A stretch of 40,785 nucleotides of DNA from Myxococcota bacterium (GTDB taxonomy: Bacteria; Myxococcota_A; UBA796; GCA-2862545). A program made the translations under genes and the position numbers. The notes under the pieces are model-generated. The model ran no database searches, was not told where the DNA came from, and was given only the letters and a program-made list of their open reading frames with translations. The stretch is taken from contig JBLFXJ010000020.1 of assembly GCA_047609825.1 (NCBI GenBank), positions 1-40,785 of the forward strand. Reading direction: 5' to 3'. Shown piece after piece: positions 26,068-34,600 of this stretch (the stretch's first letter is position 1; every line of letters starts with the position of its first letter).

Positions 26068-28920
26068 TTACCTCTCGCGGACAAACCGGCGGTCGAGCAT
26101 CGATATCGCCGTGCTCCGGCCAGTGCCGGGAGGGGTGGGCCGGAGATGTGCCCGGCCTGCGCTCTGCACCACCAAGCGGCCGTTGTCGAGCACGCGCTGC
26201 CGGTGGAACACGCTCATGTCGGTGAGCGTGGTGGCAGCGACCTCGGCCGCGAGCTGCGGCCGGCGGTCGAAGGTGGTGACGCCCAGCTCGAGGTCACGGG
26301 CGTACCGGGCTGTCCGGTCGTACAGCGTGTCGTCCCGCTTGGAGAGCTGCGCCACCAAGCCGTCTTGGATTGTGCGGAAGCGCTCCGCAGAAGTGTCGGC
26401 GAGCTCGGCCGGGAACGCCTCGTGGAATGCGTCGATGTGTCCGAGCAGGGCCTCGGGCCCAGCCACGGGTGACTGGATGCTGCACTGGAGCCCCGGCACC
26501 GTGTCGTGCCGGTGGTACGCGGCGTTCACCGAGTAGCCGAGCTGCTTGTCGGTGCGGAGCACGCGGAAGAAGGACGTGCGCACCAACGCGCCGAGCAGGA
26601 GCCAGCGGGCGGTCTCGGACACCGACGGCTCGGCCCCCTGCCAGGTGACCACGATGCTCGAGTCGTCGTGCTCGATGTCGAGGTCGACGAGCACGCTGTG
26701 GGCGGGGATCCGGCGAACGACCCGGTCGGGGCGGTGGGGCGCCGGCCCGCTCTCGCCGAGCACGCTCTGTACGAGAGCGCCCATGGCAGCAGCACGATCG
26801 GCCGGGAGGTTCCCGTGGGCGAGGGCGTCGACGGCCACGGCGCCGAACGCGCCATCGGCGAACCGGGTGATGTCGTCGACGGTGAGGGCGGAGAGCTGTT
26901 CGGCGCCCTCGACGAACGAGAAGTCCGTGGGGTCGAGCAGCTCGTGGGTGACCCACGAGGCCTGCCGGATCGGGTAGTCCTTGCCCGCGTTCCGCCACTG
27001 CCGGAGCAGGCGGTCCCGCTCTACATCGAATCGACGGGCGGTAGGTTGGAACGAACGAATGCGCTGAAGCACGGTGTCGAGCACCACCGGCTGCTTGTCG
27101 TCATACCCGGACACCTGGAGGAACAGGCCGTCGGAGGTCGGGGCGACGCCCACGCTCAGCCCGGCGCGGCCGAGGGAGTCGGTGAGTGGGGTGATGTCGT
27201 CGCGGAGCATCGCGGCGTAGAGCACGGTGGTGACGCGAGCGCGCAGGTCGGCGGTGGCGACGGGCAGCACCACCTGGGCGCGGAATGTGGCGCGTGGCAC
27301 GCGGAAGCTGATGTCGTGGTGGTGCCACACCCGGGTGCCCGGGTCGGATGTGACCAGGCTGGGTGCGGTGGCTGGCGAGGCTAGGGGGAGCAGGTCGAAC
27401 CGCTCAGCGACGTACGGATTCGGCGCGGGCAGGGTGAGTCCGGGGTCGATGGGACCGTCGGACCACCGCGCCAGGCACGCAGGCGAGAGTGGGGTGATCG
27501 ACCACGGCGTGCCATAGCGGCGCTCCTCCCGGTCGACGGTCGCGTCGGGTGCGGCGACGAACAAGCGCGCGTTGTGGGGGACCAGCAGCGCCAGGTAGCT
27601 GTGCACGACGCGGTGGTCGTACTCGCCCCACACCCAGGGCAGGTCGAGCAGGTGCGCTTCGGGAGCATCTCGCAGGCGCGCGGCGAGCACCCGCACCGCG
27701 TTCAGCGGCGCCGGGGGCTGATGGCAGTCGAACCCAATGGCCGCCACCTGGGCCTGCTCGTCGAACCACGGCGCGAGGGTGGGCGCTTGGCGGATGCGGC
27801 GGATGTACTGGAAGATCGCGTCGACCACGTCATCGAGGTGCGCGTAGCCATCGTGCGTGAGGGCCGCCCGGATGACGAACAGCCGGTGCGCTTCGTCGCC
27901 GTCCCGCCCGGTGGACAGGCCGGTGATCCACCCGCGCTCGCGGAGCCAGGCGTGGAGCGAGCCTGCGGTCTCCTGGCCGAGCAGGGTGCTGATCAGCTCG
28001 AGGGGACGCTCGCGGTAGTGGTCCCGGTCATGGGGCGTTGGGAACTCCAGCCGGAGCGAGCGCACCTCCACCAACGGGCGGAGCTCGACCCGCACGCCGA
28101 GCTGGTCGGGCAGGTATGGGGTCGCGGGCGGCGTCGGCGTCGAGAGCCGGGCGGGCACCTCGGCGAACCGGGCGCGCACCCAGTCTTCCAGGGTGTCGAC
28201 CGGCTCCCGGCCGAGCACGCACAGCGCCATCCGGTCGGCCGAGTATTCGCGCTCCCAGAACGCTCGCAGGTCGTCCCACACGGGCTGGCCGGGCCGGTCG
28301 GCGAGGGTGTGGCTGTCGCCCACCGAGAACTTCGCGAACCCGTAGGCCGGGTTGACCGTCTGCCGGCGCACCTCGCGGAATCGGCGCCCGTCGTCTCGCA
28401 GCTTGAGGCGGTACTCCGAGTCCACCGCTTCACGCTCGCGGGTGACGTAGGCGGGGTCGAGGGTGGGGGCGCAGAAGAAGCGGGAGAAGCGGTCGAGCGC
28501 GCCCTGCAGGTGAGGGTGGTCGATGCGGAAGAAGTACCGCGTGTTCTCCTGGCCCGTGCCCGCGTTGGTGGCGCCGCCGTGGTCTTCGACGAACCGACGG
28601 TAGGCGTCAACGTCGGGGTAGCGGTCGGTGCCCATGAACAGCATGTGCTCGAGGAAGTGGGCGAGGCCTTCCCGGTCGGGCGGGTCGTGGAACTGCCCCA
28701 CGCCCACGTCGAGGGCTGCGGCCGCCATGTCGGCGGCGGGGTCGGACACGAGCAGGGCCTCAAGCCCATTGGTCAGTCGGATCCGGCGATAGTCACGAGT
28801 GTCGAGTGGGCTCTGGCGCAGGGGGAGACCTCGGTGCGAGCGGTCGCAGTAACACCAGCACGCTTCCGCGGGGTTCCGTGTAGCTCTCCGGCCGGCTACC
28901 GGACGGGCATGTCGCGCCAT
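26068..28920 (-). CDS. M16 (insulinase/pitrilysin-like) zinc metallopeptidase with tandem M16 halves
   Basis: The inverted zinc motif is HxxEH (HFLEHMLFMG), and the protein is about 900 aa as in PtrA/PqqL-type enzymes. The N-terminal 35 aa are Arg-rich and there is no signal peptide. The ATG at 28920 overlaps the divergent Mo-oxidoreductase start, so the true start is uncertain. Confidence 0.75.
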   Translation of the reverse strand: MARHARPVAGRRATRNPAEACWCYCDRSHRGLPLRQSPLDTRDYRRIRLTNGLEALLVSDPAADMAAAALDVGVGQFHDPPDREGLAHFLEHMLFMGTDRYPDVDAYRRFVEDHGGATNAGTGQENTRYFFRIDHPHLQGALDRFSRFFCAPTLDPAYVTREREAVDSEYRLKLRDDGRRFREVRRQTVNPAYGFAKFSVGDSHTLADRPGQPVWDDLRAFWEREYSADRMALCVLGREPVDTLEDWVRARFAEVPARLSTPTPPATPYLPDQLGVRVELRPLVEVRSLRLEFPTPHDRDHYRERPLELISTLLGQETAGSLHAWLRERGWITGLSTGRDGDEAHRLFVIRAALTHDGYAHLDDVVDAIFQYIRRIRQAPTLAPWFDEQAQVAAIGFDCHQPPAPLNAVRVLAARLRDAPEAHLLDLPWVWGEYDHRVVHSYLALLVPHNARLFVAAPDATVDREERRYGTPWSITPLSPACLARWSDGPIDPGLTLPAPNPYVAERFDLLPLASPATAPSLVTSDPGTRVWHHHDISFRVPRATFRAQVVLPVATADLRARVTTVLYAAMLRDDITPLTDSLGRAGLSVGVAPTSDGLFLQVSGYDDKQPVVLDTVLQRIRSFQPTARRFDVERDRLLRQWRNAGKDYPIRQASWVTHELLDPTDFSFVEGAEQLSALTVDDITRFADGAFGAVAVDALAHGNLPADRAAAMGALVQSVLGESGPAPHRPDRVVRRIPAHSVLVDLDIEHDDSSIVVTWQGAEPSVSETARWLLLGALVRTSFFRVLRTDKQLGYSVNAAYHRHDTVPGLQCSIQSPVAGPEALLGHIDAFHEAFPAELADTSAERFRTIQDGLVAQLSKRDDTLYDRTARYARDLELGVTTFDRRPQLAAEVAATTLTDMSVFHRQRVLDNGRLVVQSAGRAHLRPTPPGTGRSTAISMLDRRFVRER

Positions 28921-30822
28921 GCCACCACCTGCCGTGTGTGCGAGTCCGCGTGCGGGCTCGTGGCGGAGGTGCTGCAGGGCGAGGTGGTGTCACTCACGCC
29001 GGACCGGGACCACCCGGTGTCGCGCGGGTTTGCCTGCGTGAAGGGCACACGATTCCACACCCGGGTGCAGCGGCATGCGGACCGGGTGGTGCGGCCGCGG
29101 CTCGGCCGGGGCGTTCTCACGCCCGTGGGCTGGACTGAGGCGCTGGGCGAGCTGGGGGGGCGGATCGCGGCAATTCGCGCCGAGCATGGGCCCGACGCAG
29201 TTGCGCTGTACTCGGGCAACGCGGCGGGCCACTCCCTCGGCGCGGTCCTGGGGCTGGCCGCACTCCAGCGTGGGCTCGGTACCCAGCGGCACTATTCCTG
29301 CCTCACCCTGGACAACAGCGAGCAGTTCGTGGTCGCGGAGGAGGTGTTTGGCAGCGCGATGAGCACCTTTGTCGCGGATTATGAGGGCTCGGACGGCATC
29401 TTGCTGATCGGCACGGATCCGCTGTCGAGCCAGCCGAGCCAGTCTCAGTCGCACCCCACCGGCCCGCGCGAGCTGCGGCAGGGGGCGGCCCACCTGTGGG
29501 TGGTGGATCCGCGGCGCTCTGTCACCGCGCGCGCGGCTGCGCTTCACCTCGCACCCCGGCCGGGAACCGACGTGTTCCTGCTCGCGTGGCTCGTGCGGGA
29601 GGCGCTGGCCCAGCGCTCGGGACCGGCGGCGCTGGCGGCGGCGGTGGCTCCGTTCGACACGCCACGGGTCGTCTCCGCGACCGGCCTGTGCAGTGCGGCG
29701 TTGGTGGATCTGCGGGATCGGCTGCTCGCTGCGGACCGTCCGCTGGTGTGGTCCGGCCTCGGGGTCCTGCTCGGACCCCACGGCACTCTGGGCTGGTGGC
29801 TCACGGTGTGTCTGCAGGGCGTGCTCGTCGGCTTCGACACGCCCGGGGGCTGGCGGTGGCAGCCCGGACCGGTGGGGTTGGCCCGGCTGGCCCCATGGTT
29901 GGGGATCCGCGGTCGCGACCCTGATCTGCGGAGCTCGGACGGTCGGTTTCCGGCGGTGCTCGGGACGCTGGCGGCGGCGACTCTTCCGGGAGACATCCGG
30001 TCGGGCGCGGTGAAGGCGCTGGTGGTCGTCGGTGGGGACCCGGCCCGCGCGCTGCCCGGGAGCGACGCCTCGGCCGCACTCGCAGCGCTCGATCTGCTCG
30101 TGTGCGTCGACCTGTTCATCAACCGGACCGGGGAGCTGGCTGACGCTGTTCTGCCCGCCGCCACCTGGCTCGAGCGGGACGCCGCGGGGCTGCACACCGC
30201 GCACCAGCGCCGGCGGGGGTTCGTGCGGGTGGACCGGGCCGTCGTGCCGCCGCGGGGGGAGGCCCGCACCGACTGGCGCATCCTCGCCGACCTGTGTCGG
30301 GCGGCCGGGCGCCCGCTGTTCGGCAGCCGCGTGCTCGACCGCCTGCTGCCGGCAGATCCGGCGGCGGCACTGTCCCGCGCGGTCGCCGGCCTCCGGGGCG
30401 GTTCGTCCACTCCCGCCGGGTGGCGTGGGGTCGCTCGCCTGGACGTTCCGGAGTTCCTCTGCGCTCTTGCCGCAGTGCCCGACCCGTCGCCCGGGCTCCG
30501 CATGGTGACGAGTGTGCGGCCGCTCCGCACGATGAACCACTGGCTCCGCGACGGCAGCAGTCCAGCGACCGCTCACCCCGACACCCTGCCGGCCGGACCG
30601 TGCACCCTCGAGGGCCCTGGCGGACGCCTTCGTGTGGTGGTCGAGTCCGACCCCACCCTCGCACGGGATGTCGTCGTGGTGCCGTTCGGCGGTGATCCGA
30701 ACCCCAACGCCCTCGTCGGCACGCACTCCCTGGAAGCGTTCACCGGTCAGCCGTGGTCCAACGGGACCGTGGTGCGGGTGGTGGTAGAACGTGATCTCGC
30801 GAACATGGGCGCTCCCTCGTAG
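28909..30822 (+). CDS. Molybdopterin-dependent oxidoreductase (MopB superfamily: assimilatory nitrate reductase / formate dehydrogenase-like) with an N-terminal 4Fe-4S motif
   Basis: The N-terminus is MSRHATTCRVCESACG...GFACVKG (C-x2-C-x3-C...C). The C-terminal molybdopterin-dinucleotide-binding signature is FINRTGELADAVLPAATWLERD. No partner electron-transfer subunit is adjacent. Confidence 0.75.
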   Translation: MSRHATTCRVCESACGLVAEVLQGEVVSLTPDRDHPVSRGFACVKGTRFHTRVQRHADRVVRPRLGRGVLTPVGWTEALGELGGRIAAIRAEHGPDAVALYSGNAAGHSLGAVLGLAALQRGLGTQRHYSCLTLDNSEQFVVAEEVFGSAMSTFVADYEGSDGILLIGTDPLSSQPSQSQSHPTGPRELRQGAAHLWVVDPRRSVTARAAALHLAPRPGTDVFLLAWLVREALAQRSGPAALAAAVAPFDTPRVVSATGLCSAALVDLRDRLLAADRPLVWSGLGVLLGPHGTLGWWLTVCLQGVLVGFDTPGGWRWQPGPVGLARLAPWLGIRGRDPDLRSSDGRFPAVLGTLAAATLPGDIRSGAVKALVVVGGDPARALPGSDASAALAALDLLVCVDLFINRTGELADAVLPAATWLERDAAGLHTAHQRRRGFVRVDRAVVPPRGEARTDWRILADLCRAAGRPLFGSRVLDRLLPADPAAALSRAVAGLRGGSSTPAGWRGVARLDVPEFLCALAAVPDPSPGLRMVTSVRPLRTMNHWLRDGSSPATAHPDTLPAGPCTLEGPGGRLRVVVESDPTLARDVVVVPFGGDPNPNALVGTHSLEAFTGQPWSNGTVVRVVVERDLANMGAPS

Positions 30823-30888
30823 ATTTCTCCCCCCTGCGAGCCGCATGTCGCGTATTGTCCCGGCATCGATCCCATTTCTGGAGCCCTC

Positions 30889-31596
30889 ATGCGTCGTCCC
30901 ATCCTGCTCGCGTTCGTCCTCGCCTCCACCGGCTGCGCCATCTCGGCCGGCCAGACCGCCCGCACGAACGGTGAGGGCAATGTGCAGTTCGGCGTGGAGC
31001 CGGGCGTGCTCGGCGCTTCCACCGGCGGCTTCGTCGGGGTTGCGCCCGCGCTGAACCTGGCGGTGCGGTACGGCGTGAGCGACACGGTGGACCTCGGCGG
31101 GCGGCTGGGCACCAACGGCCTCGAGTTCCAGACAAAGTTCCAGGTCACCGGTGACGATGGCGTGATCGTCTCTCCTGCGCCGTCGCTCGAGGTGTGGTTC
31201 TTGTCGATCGGGGGCGTGGGCGGCGGCTTCGTCGGTGTGCCGCTGCCGCTCCTGATCGACGTGCCCGTCGGCGAGTCGGCACTCGTCATCGGGCCGCGCG
31301 TCCATCCCCGGTTCCTCTTCGGGGGCGGCGGTGGGGCCACCGCGAGCTCGCTCAGCATGTCGGCTGGGTCGACCCTGGGATTCGCCGCGAAGGTCAGTGA
31401 TGGCGTGAAGATCTTCCCGGAGTTCGGGTTCGAGATCCCACTGTTCGCCACCGCCTCAGGCACGACGACGACGACGACGACGGGCACGGGCACGGGCACG
31501 GGCACCACGACCACCACCACGTCCACCGCGGGCAGCGGCGTCGGCGGGATGATCTTCGACTTCAGGGTCAACATCCTGATCGGCAAGACCAAGTAG
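30889..31596 (+). CDS. Lipoprotein with a Thr/Gly low-complexity tract, possibly a beta-barrel
   Basis: There is a GGAG RBS. The lipobox is LASTGC. The tract T7(GT)4T6 is present and the C-terminus ends ..FDFRVNILIGKTK. Confidence 0.5.
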   Translation: MRRPILLAFVLASTGCAISAGQTARTNGEGNVQFGVEPGVLGASTGGFVGVAPALNLAVRYGVSDTVDLGGRLGTNGLEFQTKFQVTGDDGVIVSPAPSLEVWFLSIGGVGGGFVGVPLPLLIDVPVGESALVIGPRVHPRFLFGGGGGATASSLSMSAGSTLGFAAKVSDGVKIFPEFGFEIPLFATASGTTTTTTTGTGTGTGTTTTTTSTAGSGVGGMIFDFRVNILIGKTK

Positions 31597-31607
31597 CGCC
31601 GCGGCGT

Positions 31608-34600
31608 TCAGCCCTTGGAGCCGCTGGCCAGGTCGGCCACCGCGCTCGCCACGCTCCGCCTCAGGTCTGAGACGAAGGCGTCGTGTAGCTCGGCGGGCAG
31701 CCGCGCCTTGGCGCTGGCCGCCATGTGCACGGTGAGGATCTCCACGACGCTGAGGGCCGCCGCGAGCGTTGAGTCGTCGCCGGCATCCACTGGTCGGATG
31801 TCGTTGTTCAGCGCCCGCTGCGCCTGGCCGAGCAGCTTCTGGCGGCTCTCCGCCATGCTGCGATGCACCGGCGTGGGGCCAGGCGGGAGTGTTGCGGCTG
31901 CCGGGGCGGCCGCCCGCTCCTGGAGTGCCGTGCGCAGCCCCCGGAGCTCGTGCAGCACGTCGGTGAGCGTGGCGTCGCTGCCGCCACCGGACTGTGCCAG
32001 CGCCTGGTGGATGGCCTGCAGCGGCTCCACCATGGACTGGACGCCGGGGATCTCGCCCCGCTGAACGCCCTGGAAGTGCCGCGCGATGAACCCGATGCCG
32101 CGCTCCACCTTGTCGAGCTCCAGAGCGGGGCGTGCCTCGAGGGTGGTGGCGATGGTGGACAGCGCCGCCACGAGCCCAGCCAGCCGCTCCTCGGTGCCGG
32201 CCCCGCTGGTGAGCACCTCGCGGATGCCGGCCAGCTCCTGGGACGCGCCGCCGGTGGTGAGAGTGAGGGCGTCGCGGATGCCGGTGAGGTTGTCGTCCAG
32301 CCGGGCGAGCTGCGTGGGCACAGCATCGCCCGTGAGCTTGTCGCCCAGGTGGACGAGGTTCTGGGCCATTCCCGAGAGCACCCCGGTGACCCGGGCCACG
32401 GGGTCATCGTCGCCACCACCCATCAGCTGGCGTCGGCGGTATTCCTCACGGATCTTGCCGAGTCGCTGGGCCTCTTCGTCGGTGAGCAGGCCGCGGAGCT
32501 CGGCGAGACGGAGCAGGTTGTACTCCGCACCGGTGGTCAGCGTCTGGGCCTCGCCGCGGTAGTGGTCGGAGATGACCTCGAGCACCTCGTCCGGGGTGAG
32601 CGCAGGCACGATCTTCTCGGCGAGCTTGTTCATGTTCCGGTACGAACCCTGGAGCTGGAACCTCGGCTCGGTGCGGAACGCATCCTCCATGGCGGCGGAC
32701 CGGATGTACTCGGCGTTCACCTTCAGGAGCACATCCCGGGCGGTGAACAGGTGGGCGAAGGTGCCGCGGATCTCGTTCAGCTCTACGGCCGAGTAGTCGT
32801 GGGACAGCTCGCTCGGGCTGATCTCCTCCCCGGCTGCCATGCGGATGAGGGTGTACACATCCTTCTGGGGCCGGGCAGCCAGCGGCTGCAGGGCAGGGTT
32901 CGAGGTGAGCCCGTTCTCGAGGAATGACAGGGCGAACACGTCCTCGCGCCCGCCGAGCACATCGCCCAGGTTGTAGGTGTCGGCGCGGTTGGCGAGCATG
33001 TCGGGGATCTGGAACTTGTCGCCGGTCTCGGTGTACGGGTTGCCCGCCATCACCACGGCGAACTTCTTGCCCCGGAGGTCATAGGTGCGGGTGCGGCCAT
33101 TCCACACGCCCTCGATGCGCCGGCTGGCGTCGCACAGCGAGATGAACTTCTGGAGGAACTCGGGGTTCGTGTGCTGGATGTCGTCGAGGTAGAGCATGAC
33201 GTTGTTGCCCATCTCGAGCGCCAGGTTCACCTTCTCCACCTCCTGCCGGGCCGTGGCATTGGGGGCCTCGCTGGGGTCGAGCGACTCGACGGAGTGGCCG
33301 AGCGCGGGTCCGTTCACCTTGACGAACACCAGCCCGAGCCGGCTCGCGATGTACTCCATCAGGGTGGTCTTGCCGTAGCCGGGCGGTGAGATGAGCAGCA
33401 GCAGGCCCATCAGGTCGGTGCGCTTGCCGGCGCCGGACGCGCCCATCTGCTTGGCGAGGTTGTCGCCCACCAGGTGCAGGTACACGTCGCTGATCAGCTT
33501 GTTGCGTACGAACGCGGTCATCACCTTGGGCTGGAACTCGTCGACCCGGAGGGTGGTTCGCCAGTGCTCCACCAGCGCGGTGCGGCGCTCGCGGTAGTCC
33601 CGGAAGCCTGGCACTCGCTCATGGTCGAACCGCTGGAGCCGCTCGACGAACTCGGACAGACGCAGGTCGAGCCGGCGCTCGACCACCCGTGGATGCTGGC
33701 CGAGCAGGCCCTCCACGGTGGTGGCGCCCGTGCCGCCCGACACGTCGGCGTCGATGGTGCGCCCTACGAGCAGCATCGTGGCCGCCTCGGCGGCGACCGG
33801 AGCCAGTGCGGTGTAGCGCTCGTCGTCGGTGTTCTGCGCGAAGGTCTCGAGCCAGGCCTGCTTGATGGTGAACCGCAGGTCGAGGCGGTCGGCGAGGGGG
33901 CGCAGGGCGTCCTCGAAGCGCATGCTCCCGCCGTGGTCCTCGAGCCACCGGAGGAGCCCGTCCCGCAGCTCGGCGGCCTCCTGGCCGAACACGAACCGCA
34001 CGGGCTGGCGCGCGAGCACTTCGAACAGGTACTGGCCAGCGAGCGCGCCCTGGGCCGCCACCCACGACCCGTCGGGGTCGAAGCCAGCGTCGGCGTGCCA
34101 GGTGGTGAGCGACGCGGTGAGGTGGTCGACGAACCGGGTGAGCGCCGGCGACAGGCCCAGGGCGTCGCGCAGCTTGGCGAGGGATCGGGCCTGGGCGACC
34201 CACCCCTCTGCGGGCTTGTCCTCACAGAACGCCCAGTACAGGGTGGCGAGGGTGCGCGCTGTGCTCGGGAACCGGAGGAGGTCGGCGGTCTTGCGCAGGC
34301 CGACCAGTGCTTGGAGGATACGCACGGCGTCCGCGTCGTGGATCCCTCGGTCATACCCCTCTTCATAGCGATTGGCGGCGTAGGTGCGCACCGTCTCGAG
34401 CAGCCGCCCTTCCTGCAGCACCGCCGCTTCCAGCTCAGCGATGGACAGCCCCGCGCGCCCGGCCTCAGCATCCGAGAGCAGGCAGTAGGCGAGGTACTCC
34501 GAGCGGTACACCTCGCTCGTCTCCGAGATCACCGTCTGTGACCAATACGGACGGGTGGCGGCGAACTCCGGGTCGTCGACCGACTGGTGGAAGTCCGTGC

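Noticed and set aside
28990-31305. 771-aa minus-strand ORF
   Set aside because: It is antisense to the molybdopterin oxidoreductase and lipoprotein genes. It is Arg/Pro/Gly-rich with no recognisable motifs.
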